The notes under the pieces were generated by a model. The model was not told the origin of the DNA and did not search any database. It was given only the letters and a program-made list of their open reading frames with translations. From Octopus sinensis (lineage: Eukaryota), in the NCBI RefSeq assembly GCF_006345805.1, contig NC_043008.1, forward strand, positions 70,680,001 to 70,744,000: 64,000 bases of DNA, written 5' to 3'. The translations under genes were made by a program, and so were the position numbers. Positions 42,004 to 55,276 of the stretch are shown here, piece by piece (positions within the stretch are counted from its first letter, which is position 1; each line of letters opens with the position of its first letter).

Positions 42004-42394
42004 AATTCTCGATCAGCACTTTTGGGACGATTGTGGTCCTTGTTAATGAATATGTTTTCATTAGTGTGCGTTAATTACAGCAATAGAGCGGCTTAGCTCT
42101 TATTTCTAGCAATGTGGGTGTTTCCCAACTCCTTAGTCACGCTTAACAGCGACCAGAGGGGCGGTACTTTCCGTTGTCCTCGTACGGGAAGGACCTGCAT
42201 AGGTTGGTCAAAACATCGCGGGCCACCCCACCTAAAGGCACAAGCTTCCTCACCATATATGGAAGATAACAAGCTTTGATAGTGGATCCCAACGTACGTT
42301 TCTGCATTCCCTGGGGTATAATAACATGTGGTAGCCACACAAGATAAGTAATCTTAAACGCTCGTTATGAGGATTTTTAAGTAAAATACACTAG

Positions 42395-42431
<37 letters not shown>

Positions 42432-42433
<2 letters not shown>

Positions 42434-43670
42434 GTAAGGTATTTGAGGACATACCTTTTTTTGGTCATTGATGCATTTTTTGCTAACACTATAATCTTTA
42501 TTTCAGAAAATAATAATGGCAGACCCTCAGCTTACTCAAGAAATGAAGCGGCATGCTGCCATGGTAGTTATAAAGGCTGGGCATAGTAATTTAGAAATAT
42601 CTCGATTTTTAAAAATTGCCGGATCTTTCTTCTTCAAAGTTTATAAGGAGCTAGAGACTGAAGATGAAAATGTGTCACCAGTATCAAAGCATAAAAATCA
42701 TTCTACCCTCTCTGAAATCATCGGAACACCTTTCTATCCAGCGTTATATGATCATGAAAATTTTCAGCAACTTCAACAGACCTACAATCTCAGAAAGTCC
42801 ATGAAGTCAGTTGCAAAAGATCTCCGTGTGTCAGAAATGTCGTCCACGAAGACATCAGTTAGAAGTCTTATATGATGAGGAAAGGTGTATTTGTCAGAAA
42901 AAGCAAAAGAAAATCTCTACATCATATCTAAGAGGCTATTAAACAAACTGAAAAAAAAATCCAGGAGAAGAAGATTTGATTTGGTTTTCTCAAACGAGAA
43001 AACCTTCGACCAAGATCAAAAAGTAAACAGAAAAAATGACAGATGGTTATGCATAGATCCTTCTGAAGTTCTTAGTATTATGCGTACAAAATTTCCTGCA
43101 ACTGTCATGGCTTTAAGATATGTCTGCAACAAAGACATGTGATGCCTCCTTACTTCTTTCCACAAGGCCTTAGAGTTAATTCTGCTGTCTACATCTGGAT
43201 AGACAGTGTATGTAATGGAAGGTTATAAATGTTTCAGTAAGACTCTGCACTGTAACTCATGGCTTTTGTAACAGAGGAATGGATGGCTGAAAATGTTCAT
43301 GATCACATAGCCCTTAACATTTGGCCTCCTAATTACCCAGATCTTAATCCATTGGACAATTACATGTGAAGCGTTGTTGAGAGAGAGGTCAATAAACACG
43401 CCCATATCACTAAAATTTGTTTGAAAGCTACCATAGTCAGAGTAATGTCCATAATGAATCAGGACCATTTGATTCAACCATATAGATGACTTAGATCTCA
43501 TATAGAAGCAGTTGTGGAAGCTGAAGGTGGTGTTATTGAATAAAATTATAGAAGAGAAGGTTTATTCTTATCCTCATAGCAATTTTTGATAAATAAAGTT
43601 ATTTGTTATTATATAGCTGTTTCTTTTTTATAAATATAAATCTGTCCTCAAATATCTTACGCACCCTGTA
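42432..43670 (+). mobile_element. DD37D (maT) Tc1/mariner-superfamily transposon, pseudogenized
   Basis: MADPQLTQEMKRHAA..., FSNEKTFDQDQKVNRKNDRW, and FQ*DSA...WPPNYPDLNPLD with exactly 37 residues between the second and third Asp. Right TIR tgtcctcaaatatcttacgcaccctgta; left TIR partly deleted. Confidence 0.9.
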
Positions 43671-44414
43671 TATATCTATACACACACGCGTACATATATT
43701 CACACACATATATATGCATATAATACTTACATATATATATATATATATATATATAAATATATGGAGAGAGAGAGAGAGAAAGGGGGGGACAGAGCAATCG
43801 TGAGTCGAAGAGAGAAGGAGGAAGAAATAATTTAGAGTTTGGCAGAGTAATAGGGCCAGCTCTGATGAGTAATTAAGGGGAATGTAACCTTGTCTTGAAC
43901 TGGTTGGAGGGCCTGCGTCTGTGCATGATTGTTAGCATGATATGGTTGAGTGCGTATTTTAAAGATTCAAATATTTAGTTAAACGGCCCAGTCTGCAGTT
44001 GTGTATAAAGTGAGCTTTCTTTGTAGTGTTTCATAGTTCAGACGTTATGAAAACTTGCTAAAGACCGTTTGGAGAATGTATAGCGCACTCGTCTGCAACT
44101 AATGGCTCTTCTGTTTTGATTCTCTCAGATTAGTACTGGTAATGTCTAACATCATTCATATCAAGACTTTAAACGTTAAGTGATAATCAGGCATACAGGC
44201 AAAGAGATACGCAAACAGACTTACGCACTCACACATACGTAGTTACATGCATGCACATTTTTAGCAACTGAACCACTATGAAGTATGCATAAGCATTTAG
44301 GTACAAGCATATATTCACACATATACGCACACTCACACGTCCATACCAGGTGTTTTACCGTACGATTATATGTATATATATATGTGTGTGTATGTATGTA
44401 TGTATGATACTTTA

Positions 44415-45283
44415 GGCATATTTATAAAATATGCCACGTATCTCCATGCAATCTTTCGGGGTCTGTTTATTCGTTGTATACATCTTAAAAACATGGACGC
44501 TGGACAGTGAGAAAATTAATAAAAAAGCAAGAAGTAAAATATGAAGAAAGTTGATGCAAAAAATGGAATGAGAAGGAATAAACAAAAGCAAGAAAACTAA
44601 GATCTCTGTCCTCCATGACTGGAGAAACCACAATTAATGCAGAAACTATGACCAGGTGTGAATGTCATATACAAAGTAGAAGTAACAACAACACTACAAG
44701 ATCACTAAAAATAAGTTATGTAAATCACTTATCTTCTTTCCGGCATATCAACAAAAGTAACGCAGCTAAGTTGGTTAGCTACGTATGGCATCTGGACAAC
44801 AATTTCACATTACATACAGTCAAGTGGAGAATCGTGGAAAAATTCAAGCCATTCGTTAAAGGATCTAAGAAAGGCAACTTATGTGTAACAGAAATTTCTC
44901 ATATTCCTCTTTCAAATAAGAATTCCAACACACTGTATAATTCCAGATCTGAAATTTGTTGCATGTGCAAACACATGGACAGGTTTCTTTTATCGAATTG
45001 GAGGATACCACTCGCCCCGGAGCGAGCTGTTTTCTCAGAGATTTTGAGATATTTTGTTATTTAGTTTTATACCAGCTGCATTATTTGTGGAGGAACGCAA
45101 TCAAGGAGGAACGGAGATCTTAGCTGTATTGATTTGGTTTCTTTATTTTCGTTCCATTTTTTGCATCAATCTTTCCGATTTTCTAATTTTTTCTTATTTT
45201 CTCACTGTCCAGTGTCCTTGTTCTTAAAACATATACAACATAAACAGAGCCTGGAGACACATAGCGTATTTTCTAAGTATGCC
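44415..45283 (+). mobile_element. 5'-truncated Penelope-like element with inverted pLTR
   Basis: ORF 44615-45064 is a GIY-YIG C-terminus (NHLSSFRH.NK.NA.KL..YVW.L...VKWRIVEK.KPF..GSKK.NLC.TE...NSRSEI...CKH..RFLLSN). 44415-44606 is a diverged inverted copy of 45114-45283. Confidence 0.85.
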
Positions 45284-45449
45284 TTGTTGAAGTATCATAA
45301 AAGCATAACACTATTAGCAGTTCTTTCGGTTGTCTATTAAATTGACTTTTATCTCTCATTGGATGGAATACATTTTCGTTGATTGTACCAAGAGTGGATC
45401 AGTTTAACCCACTACAGTGGATGCAATGCATAGACGTGCGTGCGTGTGT

Positions 45450-45487
<38 letters not shown>

Positions 45488-45957
45488 CAGATGTGTGTGT
45501 CTGCGTATCTCCTGTAGCTGTCCTCTTGAATTTACTATTTAATAATACTTAAATCGAAATCATTGTTTCTGTAACGTCTCACTATAATGATAACTTCTCA
45601 ATTACCGCTGTCATCTCGCCTTGCATATTTGCACCGATTCTATAACTTTGCTTCGTTTTTGCGCCAACATAAATTGAATCGTCACAGAATACCACTACAT
45701 CAGTTACCATCTATATTAAAAATTTAGAATCTATTAAGAAATAATATTATCAAAATGTCATTATCGTCATCCGTACTAGCAATAACAATAATTAGGCAAG
45801 TAAAAGAAAAACGGCAATAATTAGAGTAACAAATCTATTTAATTAATGGCGAGAACGTATTATGCGACTAATTCGCTTCGAACGTCTGTTAAATGTTGTG
45901 TTAAATTATTTGTAAGGAGAAAACAACGAAACAACAATAACGATAGCAACGGACAAA

Positions 45958-45959
45958 AG

Positions 45960-46043
<84 letters not shown>

Positions 46044-46062
46044 TCTACTACTACTGCTGCTG

Positions 46063-46093
<31 letters not shown>

Positions 46094-46133
46094 CACCACC
46101 ACCACCACCACCACCACCACCGCCACCACCACC

Positions 46134-46178
<45 letters not shown>
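45958..46178. repeat. (CTA)n-(CTG)n-(CAC)n compound microsatellite
   Basis: Direct reading. Confidence 0.97.
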
Positions 46179-49100
46179 GAAATAATAGTCAGCGAATGAG
46201 GGAGCCCCTACGTGCCCATGTGACCTGGTAAATATAGCAGCTAAATGAGTATTTATCATAAACGCTTTGATATGCACATATGCGAGCAACTTTTCCTTTA
46301 CTCTCCGCTTCTTCTTTCAATCAAATTGCTATCTGCCATCTCCTTTTGGTTAATTCTCCGATTCTATCTACGCAACAAGGTTTTGGATTTCCTTTCTTAA
46401 TTCGAAGAAATATTTAAATTGTTCTTCTCTAATGTATAATTAAAGCACGATCTGCCGAGACCAACCTACTAAAATGGCAAACGTACCCCACACACATATA
46501 ATTGAAGTTTTCTTCTCTATTACACTTAATCCGTCAGCATTATTGTTTAACGTTTGATCTTTCGACTCATACTGCTCCTGTCTTCTGAATCTCAAACTCC
46601 CATCCTACACTACTCTGTCCATTCCGTAAAAAGGATTTATACGATTGCTTCACTCTTAGCAAAGCATATGTCAATACTTTCAAATGCCACTGTACATTTT
46701 TGTAACCGTGGGTTTTATCTGCAGTCATGAACTTATAATCGGTTCACAAACCCAATTCGAAGTTAAGCTGTAATTTGAGTGTACCTCTACCAACCTTATT
46801 TACTGCATAACTTGCAAATTCAACAATTCTCACTGTGCTAATGAAACCACGGGATTCAAGTAGATTGTTTTACCGAGTACTTATCTGATGTCTACTATTA
46901 TACGCCAACAAATTTCAAAGCTCAGAGCTAGAATTTTAAATTTATTATGCCACTCTGCTGACCATCTCTGAGTGAGAGAAGATGCGAATCATAATTCGCA
47001 CTAAAGCCATTAGCGCAGATAGAAGCACCCCATCTTTACAACAGGAACACCTTTTTCGTTTAACACGTTTACTGTTCAACAAACATTATATATGGCCGCC
47101 AAAAGGTAGTCTTCAGTTCATGCGGTAATCTTTCCCGCTCTTTTAATTCAAATCTTTCTAAGGTAATCTTTGCACTTAATCTATAAATATAGCATCAATT
47201 CTTCACTGGAGCAGATTCATCTTTATCTCCTTCTGTCTGTCTAACTTTCTATCTTTGGTAAAAAATCAGTTGTAGTAAAACCTGGAGTTGCTGTGCCAGA
47301 TCTAAAAATACCCAATATTCTCTGTATATAACAACGGCGCTGATACGACTCAACCATGGTGTGAACGGACTAAGACAAGGCAAGTTCTGTGTGTGTGTGT
47401 ACGTATGTATGAACGCATGCGTATTCTCTTCCGACAATAAATCTCTCATTACTTCGATTTTCAACTTTTAAATTTGCAGCATTATTTATTTGCCCTTATT
47501 TATCTCCAAGTTTTCATAATTCTTAAAGCTCTTTTTGCTTTTCAAATTTGCAAGCATTTTCGTTGATTATCTCTTCTTGACCTATTTCCAATCTTTTTGA
47601 CGTGTGATCTCCTCCTTCAATCTTATAATTCACTGTTCTTTCTTTCTTTCTTTCTTTCTTTCTTTTTTCCCCATTATTTGTTTGTTTGTTTCTTTCTTTC
47701 TTACTTTCTTCCTTGCTTACTTTCTCACTATTCAATTGTTGCAGCAGTGGATTTTCTGCTGTTATTTATGTTCTAGTTGTCGGTTTCATTTTTGTTTTGT
47801 TTGCGTGTTTGTTTGCTTCTTGTTATTGTTGCAGTGGATTGCTGGTGGGGTCATTGGTTTCTAGCCAACCTTCCGATGTGTGTGAATTGGAAGACTTACA
47901 GTGGTCGTCTTCCTCTTATAATTAATGATTTTCTACCTTCTTGAAAAAAAAGGGCTTGCAGCACCTAAATGCACATATATCTGAATTGTTTTGAGAGGTC
48001 ACAAATGTGCGAGAATCCCTTTGTCGGTTGAGTTAAAATTGGTGTTATAGTTGTGGTTTGGGTTTGGTTGTTACTGCTGCTGCTGCTGCTGCCGTTGATG
48101 TGACTACGATTTTGGCGGTGGCAAAATCGCAGTCACATCTACTCCTACTCTGAGCAAAAGAACGCACGGGGGTCACAGTTACCGCATGTGTTTCACTTAA
48201 GTCCCCTCCATTCCACTACAGCAAACACTACGTAATACACAGTATGACGACACCCAGTGACTGTAGATCGCTAGGGTTAGGAATATAGGGCTATGGACTA
48301 TCAATCATAGATATGAGGATGACCGCTGCCATATCATCTCAAATAAATAGATACATAAATAAAATAACTGCTATAACCGTAAAAATGTAGCCAGTCGATA
48401 TAATATATGTAGTGAAAAAATTATTACAAGAAATTCGATTAGTTGTATTGCAAAATCCAGTGCCCTTTCAAGGGTCATCTATTGATAGAAGATGTGTAAA
48501 ATTAAGTTAATACACACCATCATCTGACTGGCACATATTTCGCAGCACAGGAATGACACATATCAACCGGTATCTAAAATACATTAACGACTAGCATTTG
48601 ATAATACGCCATCGAGGGACGAATCCGAATTTATTGAAAACTAAAGAAATGTTTGCCTTTCATAAAAGTATTGCGTTACATGCAGATATGAGTATATGCT
48701 ATAGAAATAAACCAATTTACCGAGGATCATTTGAAAACTACGTGACCTGTCCATGAAAGCAATTCACTAGCCCCGAGATATATCAATACTTCACTTACAA
48801 TGCATAATAAACAGACTGACTTTTCTATCGCCAGAAGTTTCTAAGAAAAACCTAACTAGATTCCAAATATTTCATCTGGATATAAAATTTGGAGAGTAAT
48901 TGACAAGAAAAAATATCCCACCAGAAAAGAGAAAATATGATTTAAATAGAGAAAAAGTAATTGCTGGAGAAAATTACTCTTCTGATAAAATACATTAATT
49001 ACATTAAAAATAGTTTTACCGTAGGGGTCAGTGTTAATTAGCGATGATTAAAAATAATTACAATTAGAAATATTCGAGTTAATGATATTAAACAAATTTC

Positions 49101-49346
49101 TCAGCAGAATATACTAATAGCACCGGACTAGAATATAAAAATCAAAAAATATTTACAAGTAATATTAATGACCGTAATGATAATTTGCAATTTATAATTT
49201 ATTAAACATGATTTATTGTTAGGTTATCACTGATTCCAGTATTGATTTAGTGTTCTGTGATAATATATCCATTATATTTCGCTTAGTATAACTCTCGTAG
49301 TCTTTAGGTTCTCCTAGTCAGTTACACACTCATTACGTGACAAATT

Positions 49347-49720
49347 GTGGAGGCGCGATGGCCCAGTGGTTTGGGCAGCGGACTCCCGATCGTAGGTTCG
49401 CGGTTTCGATTCCCAGACCGGGCGTTGTCAGTGGTTATTGAGCAAAAACACCTAAAGTACCACGAGGCTCCGGCAGGGGGAGGAGGTGGACCCTGCTGTA
49501 CTCTTTCACCACAACATTCTCTCACTCTTTCTTCCTGTTTCTGTTGTACCTGTAATACAAAGGGACAACCTTATCACACTGTGTGTCACGCTGAATCTCC
49601 CCGAGAATTACGTTCAGGATACACGTGTCTGTGCAGTGCTCAGCCGCTTGCGTGTTAATTTCACGAGTAGGCCGTTACGTTGATCGGATCAACTGGAACC
49701 CTCGTCATCGTAACCGACGT
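49347..49720 (+). mobile_element. tRNA-derived SINE, family S4
   Basis: Head ggaggcgcgatggcccagtggtttgggcagcggact...gtttcgattcccagaccgggcg with A and B boxes, and a ~300-bp unique body. Confidence 0.8.
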
Positions 49721-50769
49721 GACTCATTCATTCACTATTTACCATTCATTCAATCATTAATTCAGTTATTCACACGCATTCTTAGTCCCTCACTCATTTG
49801 ATATTTTATTTTTTGATTCATCATGGACTGGTTCAGTAATGCAAACAACTCATGCTAAACCGATAAACCTCACAACACCGTTGTTGTCAAAAGGAAAACA
49901 AAACAAGAAACCGTTATGTATTTAATTCAACCAGCAAAGCAAGACATCATCTCAACTTCTGGCTAGCTATAGAGAGATACAGCTTAGTTGTAATGCAAAT
50001 TCCATTGCTGCTAACATTCATATCAAATATGTTTCTAATCTTCTTAAAAATACGGACCTTACAACATTTCCTCAATATTCTACACTCGTTTGCTAATAAA
50101 TATAAGTCATCATGGCTGGTGAAAGGGACACCAACGTATTCTTTACCCCAAGTGAACAATGTAAATCAAGGATATAAGTGGCAGAATATCAATCATGGAT
50201 TGAAAATATCTCACCTAATTTTATGCACATCACTGACACATACAAAACTATTAACATTAAATTTATGAGAGTCTTATATGATTGCAGTTCCTTTTGTGCC
50301 TTCGATAATGGTGTCATACATTTCATGTTTCCATAGTTTTATATGGACCAACAATTTATAATTTTCCTGGATTGGAGACCAGTCTATTTCATGTAGTCTT
50401 TTATCGTGCAAGCCGATAATCTCTCGTCAATTGTACAGTGCTGCCACAGCTTACAACAGTCATTTATACAAACTTTCCATCCATTTGCAGATAAACAGTT
50501 CGAACCTTTGAGAAGTCCGTTCCTAAGCAACAGGCACAAAGTGACAACGTTAACAAGATACTAGCTGTTGTCCTTTGATCTCTGGACATTACACCAGTAA
50601 TCTTATGGGCTTAGTCATCTACACTGTCATTCTCCCAATGACACAAATTTTCCAAATCGTTGCATAGACAACTATTTCAGTGAAACTACGGTGTCTAATT
50701 TCGTCTATCTTGTATCAATGCCTGACAGGAAAGGCTACTCTAATAGGAGAAAATAATGCTTTTTTTTTT

Positions 50770-53262
50770 AAATCTATGGTTTAACTGATTTCAAAATTGT
50801 ACATCAAGCCTTATGCATAGCACTTACGGAAACGCACCTGAAACCGGACATAGCAGATGCGGAGTTACACATACCACAGTATGCTGTACTACGGACCGAC
50901 AGAAAAGAAAGGAGTCATGGAGGTGTTGCTATGTACATCCGTGAGGACCTCACACCCCAGGTCCTCTTGTCATACTCAAACTCGGTGTGTGACACACTAA
51001 TTGTACATATTAGGCAACTTGATGTAGTTGTGTGTGCTACATATCGCCCTCCAGATGCCCCAAGCCATGTGGGCAAGTTTGAAGACTGCCTTATAAAAAT
51101 AGAAGAAGTTCTAACCACATTAGAACAACACATAAGTGTACTTCTTATGGGAGACTTCAATCTGCCCAATGTCAGATGGCCCGAGGGCCTTTCTCTCCCA
51201 GGAATGACAAGATGTGAACGAGGACAGGCGAGGTCCCTCCTGAACCTCATCAACACCCTGTACATGGAGCAGGTAATACTCCAACCAACCAGTGCAGGTA
51301 ACACACTGGATCTCTGCTTCACAAATGACATGGATCTCATCCATAATGTGAAAGTGACACCGACACTACTCTCGGATCACAACATGTTAGAGCTGACCAT
51401 GTACGGGCCAAAAGAGAGCACGGACATGCAGCCTACAAGAAACCCTCAGAATTCAAGAGTGTTTTCACTCCACCCCTTGGGCATCTCCAAATCACCAATC
51501 CAACTGACTTTTTTACCACTGCAGATATAAAATCAGAGGCGCGACGATAGATTACATCGATATAAAGGAAGACGATGTAATCAAGGCTATAGATGAAATG
51601 AAAACAGACTCAGCTACTGGCCCCGATGGATTCCCGGCAATCCTCCTAAAAGCATGTAAGAGAGTCCTAGCAAGACCACTGCAGTTCCTCTTTCAGAGCT
51701 TCCTTGCAGCTGGCAAACTTCCAAGAAAACTGAAGGAAGGTAAAATATGCCCCATTCATAAAGGAGGTAGCAGAGCGGAAGCCAAGAACTATAGACCTAT
51801 CTTTCTGACCTCACACATCAGCAAGGTCATGGAACGAATAGTCAGAAGGAAGCTGATCACCTTCCTTGAAGAGAATGACTTGCTGCCCGACACCCAACAT
51901 GGTTTCCGACCAGGGAGAAGCTGTTTAACTCAGCTCCTACAACACTATGACTGGGTGCTGAAACGGCTGCTCAACCACTCAATTGTGGAAGTGATATATC
52001 TCGACTTTGTAAAGGCCTTTGATAAAGTCGATCATGGAATGATATGTCACAAACTGCGTGATCTCAACATAGTTGGAAAACTGGGAGAATGGCTTCATGA
52101 CTTTCTGAAAGATAGAAGTCAGGTGGTAGTAGCCAATGGGGCCACTTCCATTAACACGCAAATAGTGAGCGGTGTTCCGCAGGGCACTGTTCTGGGACCA
52201 CTACTGTTCATAATGGCCCTCTCAGACATGCCCTCAGCCACGCAGAGAGCCACGATCACAAGTTATGCAGATGATACAAAAGTTTCACAGGCAATACAGA
52301 ACCCTGAGGACACTAAACACCTGCAATGTGAGCTGGACAAAATATACAAGTGGGCTGAAAAGAATAGCATGCAGTTCAATGCTGAAAAGTTTCAAGCTCT
52401 ATACTATCAGCATGCAAAACTAAATGCAATACCCAATGAATACACTGGACCCGGAGGAATAGCAATCCCAGAGGCACAATCAGTGCGTGACCTAGGTATT
52501 TACATGAGTGATGACGCTACCTTTCGTGTACATGTTGCTAAATTGGCAATGAAATGTAGACGACTGGCAGGATGGATCCTCAGAACCTTTAGAACAAGAG
52601 AACAAGAAACCATGATGGTCCTCTGGAGGACACTTGTCCTAAGCCACTTTGACTACTGCTCTCAGTTATGGTCACCATCCAGTGTCAAGTTGATCACAGA
52701 GCTCGAGGCGATCCAACGTAGCTACACGAAGAAGATAACCTCTATGCAGAATGTAAGCTACTGGGAAAGACTCAAGAGATTAAAACTATATTCCCTGGAG
52801 CGTAGGCGGGAAAGATATGCCATAATATACATCTGGAAGATCCTGGAGGGACGTGTCCTGAACTTTGGCATCGAGAGTTACGCAAATGCCAGAACTGGGC
52901 GCCACTGCGTGGTTCCTAGGACTCCAAACTTGCCATCAAGATGTAGGACAAGATTCTGTGACAGCCTGGGCTTCCGAGGCCCACAGCTCTTCAATATCCT
53001 CCCGAAGAACCTGAGAGACCTGCATGGGGTGGATGCAAATGTCTTTAAAACGAAGCTGGATCTCTTCCTGTCAGGTGTCCCAGATGAACCAACTTCACGG
53101 CAGGAGGGGCAGATGAGGGCAGCTGCATCGAACTCTCTCATGCACCAAATGGCAGTTGCTAGAAAGCTTTCGTGAAGTGAAACCAAGTAGCAACACCTAA
53201 TGGCGGTGCCCCAGCATGGCCACAGCTCATAAGCTGAAACTAGAATCAATCAATCAATCAAT
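50770..53262 (+). mobile_element. CR1-clade LINE family 2, APE + RT with internal deletion
   Basis: IALTETHL, GGVAMYIRE, YRPP, MGDFN, LDLCFT, SDH, then a break at ~51470-51540. RT ORF to 53175 (GPDG, NYRPI, QHGF, YLDFVKAFDKVDH, SGVPQGTVLGPLLF, YADD). 3' stem-loop and (AATC)n tail. Confidence 0.93.
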
Positions 53263-53293
53263 CATGTAAAGTATAATAGCCATCTCAATATGG

Positions 53294-53724
53294 CTAACCA
53301 CAAAGGGTGGGTGTTACTGAAGCTTTTAGCCCCAGGAGATCATCGTCTCCAGCTGGCTTTAGGCACACTATCTGTACCCTTATGGTATTTGCAAAGGGAG
53401 GTCAGCGGTTACTGTTTACATCTCGTTCAGAGATTAATTATTGCTTACAGACAGTTTTTCAAAATCAGTGACGGAAGTTACTAGAAAAACACTTAAGTAT
53501 TTGCATACAAGGTCTTCCTTTTCATCGTAAACCGGTGACCTCCGCCCGTTGACAAGAGGTAACTACCTCGAAACTGCGGTACGTGCGTATCACTTAGGCT
53601 AACGAGAAAGGGATGACCTCCTTTTGCAAATACCATAAGTGCACAGATAGTGTGCCTAAAGCCAGCTGGAAACGATGATCTCCTGGGGCTAAAAGCTTCA
53701 GTAACATCCACCCTTTGTGGTTAG
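53294..53724. mobile_element. Inverted-repeat element (MITE-like) with 111-bp arms
   Basis: 53294-53404 is the near-exact reverse complement of 53614-53724 (ctaaccacaaagggt...ggaggtca). Superfamily unclear. Confidence 0.75.
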
Positions 53725-55029
53725 TACCAGTTGCGTATTGGGGTCGATCTAATCGACTGGTTCCCTCCCCCAAAACTTCGGGCCTTGTACCTAGAGTAGA
53801 AAAGAATATTCTATAATGACGTATTGTACTATCTATTATTCTATATTCTTCTAAATTGGTTGCCATTTTCCAAATTGTTGTTCTGCGGTCTCCTCAGATG
53901 TTCTACAATATTATGCATGGTTCAACGTTGCTCAAAAGATTTTAACAGTCTTCATAACTATTTATCAAAGTTCAAAAAATTCAGTCAACAATGTTCATAA
54001 TTGAACAGTGTTGGGTTGTGGTAAGCAGTGTACAACAACACAAGACAGTAGGTCACAGAGCTTAACAGTGTTTTCATTTGTCAATAGCATTTAACAGTGA
54101 TACTTTATAGTCTTCTATATTGATCAATAGAATTTAACATCATTGTAAACACTGTTGAATAATGACTAATTCATTACAAATTTCTTAGAAAAGTTTATAC
54201 AATCGATTTTATTTTCACCCCTGTAAATAATTGGTACTATTTTATCAACTCCATACGTAATTACACGTGAAGTAGTCGCTGAAGTGACATAAATTTATAG
54301 AGACATATTATATTTTGGAAGAGTAAAAAGAATTTTATTGTCTATTAAATACGAAAGTTATTATGTACGACTGAAATATTAGGTTAAACTAGCAACTTGT
54401 ATATCACACTAAAGCAGATATGAAAGCCTACCTAACTGCGATATTCGTCACAAGATAGAATCACTTGTAGACATACAGTGTTAAAAAGCTAGGAAATATA
54501 TATAATGTTAATATGCTAAGAAATCGCCCAGCAGCGGTAGTGGCCTTGATAAATATACATTTCTATCTCTTTGAGCTTCGTCAGTAGCAATTGTTTCACT
54601 AATAACCGCATGCTAAGATAACATCAGCCGTCACTGATATTATAAAATAATGATTGAAAATTCACTGACGTAGCAATTAGCCGGCAGGCTGAATAAAAAT
54701 TCGTTCTCTGCCACATTTTGAGTAAAGCAGATTTTTTATATCGTAAAAGATCAAATACTTCGTTGAAAGCCTACGTACCACCAGTATTCCCTTCGAGATG
54801 GCAACTTTTATAAACATACAATGTTGAAAAAGCAATTAAGCTTATCCCCACCAGACGAAAATCATTCAGCAGCGGTGGTCGTGTATTTGTGAAATAATTA
54901 AAATGGTTGTGCCATTAAGCAGTTAGTAAATGCATTATGATTAACAAGGTTACGGAGGTGAAATACTATAGACGGCGACAGAAACCTGTATTGGTTCCCC
55001 TTATAAATAAATTATAGATATCTTCTTAC

Positions 55030-55136
55030 CTGATGGGAACTGAGGTGGTTGATGGTGCAGGGTAAGACAGCCGTTGTTCCATTCGTTGAGGTAACATTCG
55101 CCTCATACGAGTCGAATTCCGGCGTGATGCACAGCA
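55030..55136 (-). CDS. Internal coding exon: N-terminal half of an Ig domain of a lachesin/IgLON/Dpr-DIP-like cell-adhesion protein
   Basis: Minus strand reads ctttcttttgctttgcag|TG CTG TGC ATC ACG CCG...CAT CAG|gtaag. The 107-bp exon (phase 1 to phase 0) encodes xLCITPEFDSYEANVTSTNGTTAVLPCTINHLSSHQ, with the Ig A-B strand motif (PxF...NVT...G.TAVLPC) and two N-glycosylation sequons. Not called in this frame by the ORF track. Confidence 0.88.
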
Positions 55137-55154
55137 CTGCAAAGCAAAAGAAAG

Positions 55155-55190
<36 letters not shown>

Positions 55191-55203
55191 AGTATTTTTA
55201 TTA

Positions 55204-55276
<73 letters not shown>

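Larger units (their letters stand above)
39300..42350 (+). mobile_element. Degraded Penelope-like element (RT remnants, tandem pLTRs)
   Basis: RT remnants G.PLNPGL (MGSPLSP-like, ~39960), WK..DDV (~40165), LP.MVDV...VYRKQ (~40250-40310), followed by two ~230-bp direct repeats that each hold a hammerhead. Confidence 0.6.

Noticed and set aside
41594-42140. CRISPR-like or prokaryotic system
   Set aside because: Eukaryotic intronic context, long two-copy repeats, and no cas or operon-like ORFs anywhere in the window.
49347-49420. Functional tRNA gene
   Set aside because: The tRNA-like head continues into a SINE body and the acceptor and anticodon stems are imperfect.
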